In this document: positions 9,923 through 19,589 of the stretch, piece by piece
How positions within the stretch are numbered: the stretch's first letter is position 1
Layout of the letters: each line of letters opens with the position of its first letter
Assembly: GCA_031551355.1 (NCBI GenBank)
Contig: JAVBNT010000038.1
Span: forward strand, 4,126-68,125
Length of the DNA: 64,000 nucleotides
Source: Candidatus Xenobia bacterium
GTDB lineage: Bacteria > Vulcanimicrobiota > CADAWZ01
Reading direction: 5' to 3'
Made by a program: the position numbers and the translations under genes
Notes under the pieces: model-generated
Told to the model about the DNA's origin: nothing
Seen by the model: only the letters and a program-made list of their open reading frames with translations
Databases searched by the model: none

Positions 9923-10918
9923 ATGTTTAACGGTAGATCTGTTTCAGTCGCTTCCATAGGAGCGTATGCCCCTGAAAAGCGCCTTACTAATTTTGATTTG
10001 GAAAAAATTGTCAACACTTCCGATGAGTGGATTACGTCACGCTCCGGTATAAAAGAGAGAAGAGTGGCTGAGCCCGACTGTGCCTCCTCTGATTTGATGG
10101 CGAAGGCCGCCCGGGTTGCTTTGGAGCGTTCGGGAGTAGAATCGTCTTCAATACAGATGGTAATAGCATGTACTGCAACGCCTGATATGTTGTTTCCGCC
10201 TACTGCGTGTCTTGTTCAGCAAAAATTAGGATTGCCGGAAGCTGTCTGCTTCGATCTCGAAGCGGGATGCTCCGGTTTTTTATATGGCGTTTCAGTCGCC
10301 AGCCAGTTCGTTGCCACAGGTTCTATGAATAATATTCTCGTCGTTGGCGGCGATGTGCTTACCAGAATAGTGAATTGGGAGGACAGGAACACCTGTGTTC
10401 TTTTTGGTGACGGTGCCGGTGCGGCAGTAATAACTCCCGGTAAAGGTGAATCCGGAATTATGGGGTTTAATCTTAATGCCGACGGAAATCTGTGGCGTAC
10501 CCTGTTTATGCCTGCCGGAGGATCTAAAATTCCGGCCTCTGAAGAATCTGTTAAGAATAAGCTGCATACGGTTAGCATGGAGGGGAAGGAAGTTTTTAGG
10601 CATGCCGTTACAAAAATGTCTGAATCCGCATCTGCGTTAATGTCCCGTTTGGGTATTACCGTTGATGATATTTCACACTATATTCCGCATCAGGCTAATG
10701 TTAGAATTATTGAGTCTGTAGCCAAGAGACTGGGAGTTCCGGAGGAAAAAGTAGTTCTGAATTTAGACCGTTACGGAAATACATCATGCGGATCGATTCC
10801 TCTTGCCTGGAATGAGGCTTTTGAGACCGGGCGGCTGAAAAAAGGAGATATTTTACTGTTTACGGCTGCCGGTGCCGGTCTTACATGGGGATCGATGATT
10901 TTGAGATGGGGCGTTTAG
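9923..10918 (+). CDS. fabH: 3-oxoacyl-ACP synthase III
   Basis: Active-site Cys in 'EAGCSGFLYG', and the His/Asn region 'IPHQANVRI...GNTSCGSIP'. Confidence 0.9.
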   Translation: MFNGRSVSVASIGAYAPEKRLTNFDLEKIVNTSDEWITSRSGIKERRVAEPDCASSDLMAKAARVALERSGVESSSIQMVIACTATPDMLFPPTACLVQQKLGLPEAVCFDLEAGCSGFLYGVSVASQFVATGSMNNILVVGGDVLTRIVNWEDRNTCVLFGDGAGAAVITPGKGESGIMGFNLNADGNLWRTLFMPAGGSKIPASEESVKNKLHTVSMEGKEVFRHAVTKMSESASALMSRLGITVDDISHYIPHQANVRIIESVAKRLGVPEEKVVLNLDRYGNTSCGSIPLAWNEAFETGRLKKGDILLFTAAGAGLTWGSMILRWGV

Positions 10919-10928
10919 GAGGAGTTTT

Positions 10929-11894
10929 ATGAGTATAAAGGAATTAGCTATTGTTTTTCCGGGCCAGGGTGCTCAAAAAGTTGGTATGGGGCGTGATTTT
11001 TTTGATAACAGCCCTTCGGTTTCGGATTTGTTTAATAAAGCTGATGAAATCTTAGGTTATTCTATTTCCGATATTTGCTTTAACGGACCGGATGAGGAGC
11101 TTACAAAGACTTTGAATACTCAGCCGGCTATTTTCGTTATGTCCATTGCGGCGCTGACGCTGCTTCGTGAAAAAGGATTTGAGCCTTCGATGACTGCGGG
11201 GCATAGTGTCGGCGAATATGCTGCTCTTGTTGCCGCCGGTGTTTTGTCTTTTGAAGACGGCCTTAGGTTGGTTGCCAAAAGAGGCCGGCTGATGCAGGAA
11301 GCCGGAACAACGGCTCCGGGTACTATGGCTGCGGTAATCGGACTTGACTATGAGACAATAAAAAAATGTTGTATGGATTCATATTCTGCCGGGATAGTGG
11401 AAATTGCTAATTTTAATACACCTGAGCAGATTGTTATTTCCGGGGAAACAGCCGCTGTGGAGAGAGCTGCGGAATTGATTAAGGCTAAAGGAGCCAAAAG
11501 GGTTATGCCTTTGAATGTCGGTGCCGCCTTCCATTCCAGACTTATGAAAACAGCGGCAGAATCTTTAGCAACTCATCTTGATGGTGTTGATTTCAAGCAT
11601 CCGTCGATGCCGGTTGTGGTTAATGCCACGGCTGAGATGCTGACCGATGCTTCAAAAATAAAGGAAACGCTGAAAACCCAGATGCTCGGAAGTGTTATGT
11701 GGGTTGATTCGATTAGGGCGATGGCTGCGGACGGTATTGATACTTTTGTTGAAGCTGGTCCGGGCAGAGCTTTGTGTGGTATGATAAAAAAGATAGATCT
11801 GAGTCTTACTACTTTAAATATAGAAGATATGGCAACTCTTGAGAAAACAACAGAATCTTTGAATTCACAGTTTGCTTTGCTTCAGAGTGCCTAG
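10929..11894 (+). CDS. fabD: Malonyl-CoA:ACP transacylase
   Basis: 'FPGQGAQKVGMG' and 'GHSVGEYAALV' with the active-site Ser. Confidence 0.9.
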   Translation: MSIKELAIVFPGQGAQKVGMGRDFFDNSPSVSDLFNKADEILGYSISDICFNGPDEELTKTLNTQPAIFVMSIAALTLLREKGFEPSMTAGHSVGEYAALVAAGVLSFEDGLRLVAKRGRLMQEAGTTAPGTMAAVIGLDYETIKKCCMDSYSAGIVEIANFNTPEQIVISGETAAVERAAELIKAKGAKRVMPLNVGAAFHSRLMKTAAESLATHLDGVDFKHPSMPVVVNATAEMLTDASKIKETLKTQMLGSVMWVDSIRAMAADGIDTFVEAGPGRALCGMIKKIDLSLTTLNIEDMATLEKTTESLNSQFALLQSA

Positions 11895-11915
11895 CCTTCT
11901 GAAAGGTGTTTTGCT

Positions 11916-12650
11916 ATGAATAATAAAGTTGCTTTTATTACAGGGGCTGGACGCGGAATCGGCAGGCATATAGCATTAAAGCTTGCGTCTGATGGATTTG
12001 ATTGTGCTTTGAATGATCTTAATATGGACGATCTTTCATCGGTTAAGTCTGAAATTGAGTCTTTGGGAAGAAGATGTGAGATTTATAAAGCCGATGTCTC
12101 GTCTACGTCTGAAATAGAGGATATTGTAAAACAGATTGTCGAGGCATTTGGCCGCGTTGATGTGCTTGTGAATAATGCCGGAATAACTCGTGATGAGCTT
12201 TTAATGCGCATGAAGGAAGAGGATTGGGATAAAGTTATCAGTGTTAACCTTAAAAGCGTTTTTAACTGCACTAAAGCTCTTTCCAGAGTAATGATGAAAC
12301 AGCGCAGCGGGAAGATAATCTCAATATCGTCGGTTGTCGGTATAATGGGAAATGCCGGACAATGCAACTATTCCGCATCAAAAGCGGGTGTTATCGGTTT
12401 CACGAAGTCAATAGCCAGAGAACTGGCGTCAAGAGGAGTCACTGCCAATGCCGTTGCTCCCGGATTTATTCAGACCGATATGACGGATAAGCTTTCGGAT
12501 GAAGCTAAAAACCGCCTTTCTTCACAGATTCCGCTCGGATATCTGGGAACGGCCAAAAATGTTGCCGATGCCGTTTCTTTTCTTGCATCTGATGCTGCAT
12601 CCTACATTACCGGACAAGTTCTTAATGTCGATGGCGGCATGATTATGTAA
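11916..12650 (+). CDS. fabG: 3-oxoacyl-ACP reductase
   Basis: Short-chain dehydrogenase/reductase family. 'TGAGRGIGR', 'NNAGI', and 'YSASKAGVIGFTKS'. Confidence 0.9.
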   Translation: MNNKVAFITGAGRGIGRHIALKLASDGFDCALNDLNMDDLSSVKSEIESLGRRCEIYKADVSSTSEIEDIVKQIVEAFGRVDVLVNNAGITRDELLMRMKEEDWDKVISVNLKSVFNCTKALSRVMMKQRSGKIISISSVVGIMGNAGQCNYSASKAGVIGFTKSIARELASRGVTANAVAPGFIQTDMTDKLSDEAKNRLSSQIPLGYLGTAKNVADAVSFLASDAASYITGQVLNVDGGMIM

Positions 12651-12750
12651 ATGTTGAAGGATAATTTCGATTTGAGTTGAATAGAATTCTTCCTGTATCA
12701 ACTCTTTTATTAATGTAAACTGATATGAATTTTTGGAGGTGTTTGAAAAA

Positions 12751-12990
12751 ATGTCGAATATAACAGACAGAGTAAAAAAGATAGTGATAGATCAGCTTGG
12801 TGTTGATGAAGAGCTCGTAACCCCTAATGCGTCTTTTACAGATGATTTGGGTGCAGATTCTCTTGATGCCGTTGAGCTTGTTATGGCATTGGAGCAGGAA
12901 TTCAATTTGGAGATTCCGGATGAAGATGCTGAGAAGCTTACCAATATTGAAGATACTGTAAAATATATTCAAGAGAAATCAGAAGAGTAA
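12751..12990 (+). CDS. acpP: Acyl carrier protein
   Basis: '[21 protein letters not shown]' carries the phosphopantetheine Ser. ATG 12751 follows a GGAGG RBS. The ORF track begins at an upstream TTG. Confidence 0.9.
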   Translation: MSNITDRVKKIVIDQLGVDEELVTPNASFTDDLGADSLDAVELVMALEQEFNLEIPDEDAEKLTNIEDTVKYIQEKSEE

Positions 12991-13143
12991 GCGCGTTTTT
13001 TGAGCCAGGCCATTCATTAATTATGTTTGGCCCGGCTCGTTATTGATTTTAGGTGATTTTAAAAACAGCGGATAATTTGCTAAACTAAGTTGTGATTATT
13101 TGCTTTTTTCTCTCTTTTGGATTTATAGGAGGTTCTTCTTTGT

Positions 13144-13494
13144 ATGGCCAGTGTTAAAGAATTTGGTAGAAATACGAGTTTTTGCGGGGTTTTAAGGAAA
13201 GTAATGTCTTCGGCGTCTGCGCCGATGTCTTGCGACGAAATTGCGGCTCATGTAGTGGAGCTTTGGGGCAGAGGTTTTCCTGTTAATCCTTATGAAGATG
13301 TTTGTCTTGTATATAAATTTTTGAAGAAATATATGGACACTGAAGAGTTTCTTGATGAGCTTGACAATCAGGTTATTATGGTAGACAGGCTGGATGGTTT
13401 TTGTGTGCCTATTTCTCCTGATTTGATGCCGTCGGAACTTAATTCTGTGGAAGAACAGATTAAAAGAATAAAGTTTAAGCTTGTTAATGTTTAG
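13144..13494 (+). CDS. Hypothetical protein (116 aa) between acpP and recA
   Basis: Clean ORF with an RBS-like AGGAGG upstream. I recognise no motifs. Confidence 0.4.
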   Translation: MASVKEFGRNTSFCGVLRKVMSSASAPMSCDEIAAHVVELWGRGFPVNPYEDVCLVYKFLKKYMDTEEFLDELDNQVIMVDRLDGFCVPISPDLMPSELNSVEEQIKRIKFKLVNV

Positions 13495-13760
13495 ATTACC
13501 AAGCTTTTTTCTATTTGTTTTATTTTGCTTTTTTTAAAAAGTCTTAATAAAAAACTTTTAACAGGAATTTGTTTTGCAGATTTGCTTTGATTTGCCTGTT
13601 GTTTTTGTATTTGAATTGATAAAAATGACAGTTATATTCTTTATATTTCCGTTTGGCTGGCTATATTTTCATTCTCCTGCGTAATCTTTTGAATATTCTT
13701 TCTTAAGTTTTATTTTGTAATTGCTTTGGTTTTACACTACCTATTTGTTTTTACTTTTTT

Positions 13761-13772
13761 GAACTATTGTTT
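13761..13772 (+). promoter_or_regulatory. Possible LexA (Cheo-box-like) site upstream of recA
   Basis: 'GAACTATTGTTT' approximates the Firmicutes consensus CGAACNNNNGTTCG. It lies about 60 nt upstream of the recA start. Confidence 0.25.
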
Positions 13773-13829
13773 TGATGTATGGATGTTTATGATATCGTGA
13801 ATTAATTTTTTTTAAAGGGGCTGTTTAAT

Positions 13830-14819
13830 GTGGATAAGTTAAAAACTCTTGAATTGGTTGTCGGCCAAATCGAAAAACAATACGGCAAGGGATCTATAAT
13901 GAGACTTGGGGAGATGCGTTCCTCATTCGATGTGGACGCGATTCCGACCGGTGCCCTTTCGCTTGATATTGCGATTGGCATTGGCGGCATTCCCAGGGGA
14001 AGAGTTATCGAAATATTCGGCCCTGAGTCCTCCGGAAAAACGACGTTGGCACTGCAAATTGTTGCTGAAGCTCAGAAGCGCGAAGGCGTTGCCGCTTTTA
14101 TCGACGTCGAGCACGCTCTTGATCCGGATTATGCAAAAAAAATAGGTGTTGATGTCGATAATCTTTATGTCTCGCAGCCGGATACCGGAGAACAGGCTTT
14201 GGAGATTGTGGATACTCTTATCAGGAGCAATGCTATTGATATTATTGTCATTGACTCCGTCGCTGCCCTTGTTCCCAAAGCGGAAATAGAGGGCGATATG
14301 GGCGATAGCCATGTCGGTCTTCAGGCGAGACTCATGTCCCAGGCTTTAAGAAAATTAACCGGAACGATAAACAAGACCAAAACCAGTGCTATTTTTATAA
14401 ACCAGATCAGGGAAAAGATTGGCGTAATGTTCGGCAGTCCTGAGACCACCCCCGGCGGAAGAGCGCTTAAGTTTTACAGTTCACTGCGTTTTGACATCAG
14501 AAAATGTGACAGTGTTAAACATGGAAATGAGCAGATAGGCAACAGGGTCAAAGTAAAAATAGTAAAAAATAAAATGGCTCCGCCTTTCAAACAGGTTGAG
14601 TTTGATATTATTTTCGGGGAAGGTATTTCAAGAATAGGCAGCATCATTGACGCGGCCGTTGAGCAGTCTGTAATTGCCAAGAGCGGTTCATGGTTTAGCT
14701 ATGGCGAGACTAAGCTGGCACAGGGGTATGAGAACCTGAAGAAATATTTTGAAGAACATACCGATTTGCTGAATGAAATAATTGTTAAAACGAGAGAGTC
14801 GGCAGGACTTTCAACTTAG
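13830..14819 (+). CDS. recA: Recombinase A
   Basis: '[16 protein letters not shown]', Walker A 'GPESSGKTT', and '[15 protein letters not shown]'. GTG start after an AAAGGGG RBS. Confidence 0.95.
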   Translation: MDKLKTLELVVGQIEKQYGKGSIMRLGEMRSSFDVDAIPTGALSLDIAIGIGGIPRGRVIEIFGPESSGKTTLALQIVAEAQKREGVAAFIDVEHALDPDYAKKIGVDVDNLYVSQPDTGEQALEIVDTLIRSNAIDIIVIDSVAALVPKAEIEGDMGDSHVGLQARLMSQALRKLTGTINKTKTSAIFINQIREKIGVMFGSPETTPGGRALKFYSSLRFDIRKCDSVKHGNEQIGNRVKVKIVKNKMAPPFKQVEFDIIFGEGISRIGSIIDAAVEQSVIAKSGSWFSYGETKLAQGYENLKKYFEEHTDLLNEIIVKTRESAGLST

Positions 14820-14877
14820 ATTTTACTTGTTACTTGTCGAGTTTGTAATAAAAATCTTAATTGTAAAGAGATGTGCT

Positions 14878-16440
14878 ATGAAACAGAAAAAAAGAACTGG
14901 AGGTGAATCTAATATCGATATATTGCATGTTTTAGTTGGTGTGGCAGGTGCTGTTGCCGGTTATTTTGGAACCGTTTATTTTGCCAAGAAGAGGGGAGAG
15001 TCCGCTTTTCTTGATGCTGAAAAAATCAGGGAAGACGCCCGAAAAGAAGCGGCAGCTTTAAAGAAAGAAAAACTCATAGAAGCAAAGGATGAGGTATTCA
15101 GGGAAAAAGCCAGACTTGATAAGGAAGTCGGAGAACGAAGAAATGAAATACAGCGCATGGAGCGCAGAATTCTTCAGAAAGAGGAGAATGTAGAGAAGAA
15201 ACAGGATTCTCTGGAAAAGCGGGAAAAGAATCTGGTTGTAAAGGAAAACGATATTACCCGTAAACATGAACAGCTGCAGCAGATTGAAAGCCAGCAGCTT
15301 GCCGAACTTGAAAAAGTGGCACGTATGAGTGTTGATGAGGCTAAGGATGTCATTTTAAAGAAAGTTGAAAATGATATTCAGTTTGAAATTGCTTCACGTT
15401 TGAAGGTCATGGAAGAACAGATAAAAGAGACTTCCGACCTGAAGGCCCGCCGTATAATTTCCACGGCGATACAAAAGTGGGCTTCGGATCAGGTTGTGGA
15501 GTCTACCGTGTCGGTTGTTCCTTTGCCGAATGATGAGATGAAGGGCCGTATAATCGGCCGTGAGGGCAGAAATATCAGAATGCTTGAATCTTTGACCGGA
15601 GTCGATTTAATTATAGACGATACGCCTGAAGCGGTCGTGCTTTCATGTTTTGATCCCATACGCAGGGAAATTGCCAGAATCGCCCTTGAAAAGCTTATTG
15701 TAGATGCCAGGATACACCCGGCACGGATAGAAGAAATGGTTGAGAAGGCACGCAAGGAGATGGAATCTAAAATTTGGCAGGAAGGTGAACAGGCTGTTTT
15801 TGAAGTCGGGGTTACCGGGTTGCATCCAGAGCTTGTTAAGGTGCTAGGCAAGTTGAAATACAGGACCAGTTACGGTCAAAACGTTCTTTCACATTCTTTG
15901 GAAGTGTCTTTTCTTGCCGGAACTATTGCCGCCGAACTGGGAACTGATGTTTCCCTGGCCAAAAGAGCCGGACTTCTGCATGATATAGGAAAAGTGTTGA
16001 ATATGGAAGTCGAAGGTCCTCATGCCATTTTAGGTGCGAAATATGCTGAGAAGTATAATGAGTCTACAGATGTTGTTCATGCCATATGCGCACATCATGA
16101 GGATGAAGAGCCGAGGACTGTTGAAGCGGTCATCATTCAGGCTTGTGATGCTATTTCCGCTGCAAGACCGGGTGCGAGAAGAGAATCGCTGGAGGCTTAT
16201 GTGAAGAGACTTGAGAAGCTTGAGACTGTTGCCAACGGTTTTGATGGCGTGGAAAAGTCTTATGCGATTCAGGCCGGCAGAGAGATTCGTATTTTGGTTA
16301 AACCTGAAATTATTGATGATGTGAAATCGGTTGTCCTTGCCAGAGACATCGTTTCTCAGATAGAAGATGAACTGGAGTATCCCGGACAGATAAAAGTAAC
16401 GGTTATCAGGGAGACGAGAGCAGTAGACTACGCAAAATAA
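14878..16440 (+). CDS. rny: Ribonuclease Y
   Basis: N-terminal TM, a coiled coil, a KH domain '[17 protein letters not shown]', and an HD domain 'LLHDIGK'. It is near-colinear with B. subtilis Rny. Start set at ATG 14878. The ORF track's 14782 start is an upstream in-frame extension. Confidence 0.9.
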   Translation: MKQKKRTGGESNIDILHVLVGVAGAVAGYFGTVYFAKKRGESAFLDAEKIREDARKEAAALKKEKLIEAKDEVFREKARLDKEVGERRNEIQRMERRILQKEENVEKKQDSLEKREKNLVVKENDITRKHEQLQQIESQQLAELEKVARMSVDEAKDVILKKVENDIQFEIASRLKVMEEQIKETSDLKARRIISTAIQKWASDQVVESTVSVVPLPNDEMKGRIIGREGRNIRMLESLTGVDLIIDDTPEAVVLSCFDPIRREIARIALEKLIVDARIHPARIEEMVEKARKEMESKIWQEGEQAVFEVGVTGLHPELVKVLGKLKYRTSYGQNVLSHSLEVSFLAGTIAAELGTDVSLAKRAGLLHDIGKVLNMEVEGPHAILGAKYAEKYNESTDVVHAICAHHEDEEPRTVEAVIIQACDAISAARPGARRESLEAYVKRLEKLETVANGFDGVEKSYAIQAGREIRILVKPEIIDDVKSVVLARDIVSQIEDELEYPGQIKVTVIRETRAVDYAK

Positions 16441-16475
16441 GCGGGTTTTTCTATAAAAATATTTGAGCAAGGGGG

Positions 16476-16502
16476 CTGTCGTGATAACGGCGGCCCCTTT
16501 AA
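16476..16502 (+). repeat. Hairpin repeat (family A') with core CTGTCGTG(A)TAACGGCG
   Basis: 'GGGGGCTGTCGTGATAACGGCGGCCCC' sits just 3' of rny. A near-identical loop occurs at 53381..53404 on the other strand. Confidence 0.5.
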
Positions 16503-16640
16503 CATGGAATAAAAGATAACGATCACCGGGCTGAGCCCGGCAAAACCGGCTTTGGCCGGTTCAAATAGAATTGTAAAAATGGTGAAAAATTAAGAAAAGA
16601 ATAGCAAAAGGCTAGAAAGCAAGCTATTTTTCGCCATTTT

Positions 16641-16684
16641 CTGTCGTACTAAGTGGGCCTTTCTAGCCCCACTTAGTACGACAG
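16641..16684 (+). terminator. Perfect 17-bp-stem hairpin (repeat family A) followed by a T-run. Likely an intrinsic terminator.
   Basis: 'CTGTCGTACTAAGTGGG' + 10-nt loop + 'CCCACTTAGTACGACAG', then 'CCCTTCTTTTATTTTGTTTTTT'. A homologous copy lies at 53204..53245 on the opposite strand. Confidence 0.6.
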
Positions 16685-16844
16685 CCCTTCTTTTATTTTG
16701 TTTTTTATATAATGCCGTAATATTTTTTTGCTCACAAGGAAATTGTTGCATTTTTGTCAAATATTATTTCCGTAAGCATATTTTTGAAAAAAATATTTTT
16801 TGGTTTTTTTCTGCAAGCAAATTTTGATAGGGGGGGAAGTTTGT

Positions 16845-17105
16845 ATGGAGGTGCTAAAAGTTTCAGCAAAATCTAATCCAAATTCAGTTGCGGGGGCTCT
16901 GGCCGGAGTTTTAAGAGAACGCGGTGTTGCGGAAATTCAGGCTGTTGGAGCAGGGGCTATCAATCAGGCTGTAAAGGCGATTGCGATAGCCAGAGGTTTT
17001 GTTGCCCCGTCAGGCATGGATCTCGTGTGTGTGCCGGCGTTTACTGAAATATCTATAAATGGTGATGAGCGTACGGCTATTCGCCTTATTGTTGAACCCA
17101 GATAG
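16845..17105 (+). CDS. spoVS: Stage V sporulation protein S
   Basis: 'MEVLKVSAKSNPNSVAGALAGVLRERG...AIARGFVAPSG' is near-identical in pattern to B. subtilis SpoVS. The start is at the ATG after the GGGGGGG RBS. Confidence 0.9.
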   Translation: MEVLKVSAKSNPNSVAGALAGVLRERGVAEIQAVGAGAINQAVKAIAIARGFVAPSGMDLVCVPAFTEISINGDERTAIRLIVEPR

Positions 17106-17307
17106 ATTGATTTAAAAGCTGCGTCATAGTATAGTTGTTTATATTTGAGTTTTTGTAGATTTTATTGATGCTTACATATAGTTTAATATTTTTTGTTAAA
17201 TTATAAATAAAATTCAACAAAATAACATCTATTTTGAAGAACTGATATGACGCGGCTTTCTTTTTTTTCTTTTAATTATTTTCTATTTTTGATCCGGAGG
17301 ATCTTGT

Positions 17308-18144
17308 ATGCTTGTCGATTTGCATACCCATACCAGAGCATCTGACGGTATATTCTCAATACGTGAACTGCTGGATTATGCAAGAAAAAGCTCGGTAAAA
17401 GTTTTGGCCGTTACGGATCATGATTGTGTTAAAGCCTTTTCCGATACTGAAAGTATCGGACTTTTCAGTGATATTATGCTTATAAAAGGTATAGAGTTCG
17501 GCTGTATAATGGACGGGCTTGATGTACATATACTTGCTTATAATATTGATATAGAAGACGCTTCTTTGTTGAAAAAATTGGACATGCTGGCTTTTAACAG
17601 AGTGGAGCGCACCAGAGAAATGTTGTCAAAATTGGCCGCTTTGGGAATTGAGATTCCGTATGAGGAAGTTGCCGCTGAGTCCGAACATATAAAAGGCCGG
17701 CTCCATCTTGCACGTTTGATGGTGAAAAAAGGTTTCGTCAGTGATGAAAACAGTGCTTTTTCAAAATATTTGGGCATAGGTGCCCCGGCATATGTTCCCA
17801 GAAAATCCCTGTCTGTAGAAGAGTCCATAGAACTTATTGCTTCCGTTGGCGGTGTCTCTGTTCTTGCTCATCCTTTTGTCAGCCTTGTTTCCGAGGATAT
17901 GATTGATAGAATTATTGGCTATGGTATCAACGGCATTGAGGTTTATTATCCGGAACATAACGGGCTTCAGAGAGATTTTTTAAAGAATAAGGCACTAGCC
18001 AATTCATTGCTGGTTACCGGGGGGTCGGATTTTCATGGTTTCCGTAATGGAAATTTGATGCCTCTGGGCATGCGTGATTATCCCGACTTCTTATTTTCGG
18101 ATTTTATGGATAAAATTCAAAAAACTTCTTTACGGAGGAATTGA
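17308..18144 (+). CDS. PHP-domain metal-dependent phosphoesterase
   Basis: 'LVDLHTHTRASDG' and 'AVTDHD' are the PHP-family His/Asp motifs. Confidence 0.7.
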   Translation: MLVDLHTHTRASDGIFSIRELLDYARKSSVKVLAVTDHDCVKAFSDTESIGLFSDIMLIKGIEFGCIMDGLDVHILAYNIDIEDASLLKKLDMLAFNRVERTREMLSKLAALGIEIPYEEVAAESEHIKGRLHLARLMVKKGFVSDENSAFSKYLGIGAPAYVPRKSLSVEESIELIASVGGVSVLAHPFVSLVSEDMIDRIIGYGINGIEVYYPEHNGLQRDFLKNKALANSLLVTGGSDFHGFRNGNLMPLGMRDYPDFLFSDFMDKIQKTSLRRN

Positions 18145-18147
18145 TCC

Positions 18148-18483
18148 TTGCTGATTAAAGGGGAGCTTGATTTTTCAGAGATTGAATATTGCCGGACAAG
18201 AAGAATACTTTGGCATGCCAATCACTATTCATTTATAGCTGTTATTTCCAGATTAAAACATTCACAGGCAAGGCTTGTTTCCATAACATCCTCTTTCGTT
18301 GGCGAAGAAGTTTTGTTTGACTATTATTTTGAACTTAATGACAAGAGCTGTATCGTCAGAATTATCTCGGAAAATCTGAGGATTGACTCTATTTTGCCCT
18401 TTTTCAGTGAAGCTGCTTTGCTTGAAAAAGAAATTTCCGCTAATTTTAAGGTTGTTTTTACCGGTAATTTTGATGATGACTAG
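18148..18483 (+). CDS. Small hypothetical protein, possibly NuoC/hydrogenase-N-terminal-like
   Basis: The C-terminus 'AALLEKEISANFKVVFTGN' is reminiscent of the NuoC 30-kDa-subunit motif. Weak evidence. Confidence 0.3.
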   Translation: MLIKGELDFSEIEYCRTRRILWHANHYSFIAVISRLKHSQARLVSITSSFVGEEVLFDYYFELNDKSCIVRIISENLRIDSILPFFSEAALLEKEISANFKVVFTGNFDDD

Positions 18484-18517
18484 GGACTGTTAAAACATAT
18501 AAGGAAGGAACTTATTT

Positions 18518-19531
18518 ATGCGTACACCGGTAATTTTTCTTTTGTTTGTGTTTATAATACTTTTTACGGCAGATGCTTTTGCCCAGCAATCCGTGTCAGC
18601 AAGAAACCGCTATAAAGTGGCAAAAAATATGTTCTCTTCAGGACGCTATCAGGAGGCGGAAAAAGAACTTACCGAGTCATTGAAGCTTGACGGCAGATAT
18701 TCCGATGCTTTGTTTTTGATGGGACTTACAAAGTGGCAGCTTAAAGAGTATGATGAGTCGGTTAAATATTTGGAGCAGGTTATACGCCAGGAACCGAAGT
18801 TTTTTACAGCCAGACTTTATCTGGCTACGGTCTGTCTTGAAAAAAATGACCTGTCGAGGGCAGAGGAACAGGCCAAGTTTTATATGACTAACGCTACATC
18901 CGACCCTAACGGTTATTATGCCATGGGCGTTATCAGTTATAAGAAAGGCGATTTGCCTAAATCGCTTGAATTTTGGGACAAGGCCATTTCACTTGATAAA
19001 AATCACGCTTCAAGTTATTATAATAAAGCCCTTGTTTTATATTTGCAGGGAAAGACCCAGGAATCTATTGCTTCTATTGACAAGGCTTTGGCGGTTAAAA
19101 CTGCGAACCTTAACTTGTACCGTTTTTCCAAGGCCTGTATAAATTATTTCTCAGGCGATAAAGATGAGGCAATAAAAGAATTCAGCTATTTGTCTGAGTT
19201 GATTCCTTCCACTGTTATTGGTTTGACGTCAGCTTCCATGCTGGCATTGCACGAATCCCGCTGGCAGGATGCTATTAATAAGGCTGATGATGCTTTGTCA
19301 ATAGATCCGCTCTTTCAGAAAGCTTTGGAAGTCAAGGCGGCCGCTCTTGAGAACAGTGGTGATATCGGCGGTGCAGTGACCTGTCTTGAAACTATTGTAA
19401 AAAATGATCCTAATCAGAAGTATGTGAGTGAAAAACTGGCATCATTGAAGATCAGGGGTAATGAAAAGACGGAAGAGACCGAAAAGACTGAAAATACTGA
19501 GAATACTGAGAATACTGAAGAAAGTAACTGA
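18518..19531 (+). CDS. Secreted TPR-repeat protein with a C-terminal T-E-N tandem repeat
   Basis: Signal peptide 'IFLLFVFIILFTADAFA', several TPR-like repeats, and a C-terminus 'TEETEKTENTENTENTEESN' encoded by (GAGAATACT)n. Confidence 0.7.
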   Translation: MRTPVIFLLFVFIILFTADAFAQQSVSARNRYKVAKNMFSSGRYQEAEKELTESLKLDGRYSDALFLMGLTKWQLKEYDESVKYLEQVIRQEPKFFTARLYLATVCLEKNDLSRAEEQAKFYMTNATSDPNGYYAMGVISYKKGDLPKSLEFWDKAISLDKNHASSYYNKALVLYLQGKTQESIASIDKALAVKTANLNLYRFSKACINYFSGDKDEAIKEFSYLSELIPSTVIGLTSASMLALHESRWQDAINKADDALSIDPLFQKALEVKAAALENSGDIGGAVTCLETIVKNDPNQKYVSEKLASLKIRGNEKTEETEKTENTENTENTEESN

Positions 19532-19589
19532 CTTCAGTGTCAAAAAACAGTTTAATATTTTTTATATTAACTGCAATTAGGAGTTGTTT

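Noticed and set aside
12083-12367. Antisense ORFs within fabG, and similarly inside fabH, recA, rny, the xdh genes and prkC
   Set aside because: They are shadow ORFs inside strongly supported housekeeping genes.
14782-14877. Upstream extension of rny in the ORF track
   Set aside because: The extension overlaps the recA 3' end. The conserved RNase Y N-terminus (short polar stretch then TM) begins at ATG 14878.
16830-16836. G7 tract upstream of spoVS as a phase-variation switch
   Set aside because: It sits exactly where the RBS should be (GGGGGGGAAG 8 nt before the ATG). It is most simply a strong Shine-Dalgarno sequence.
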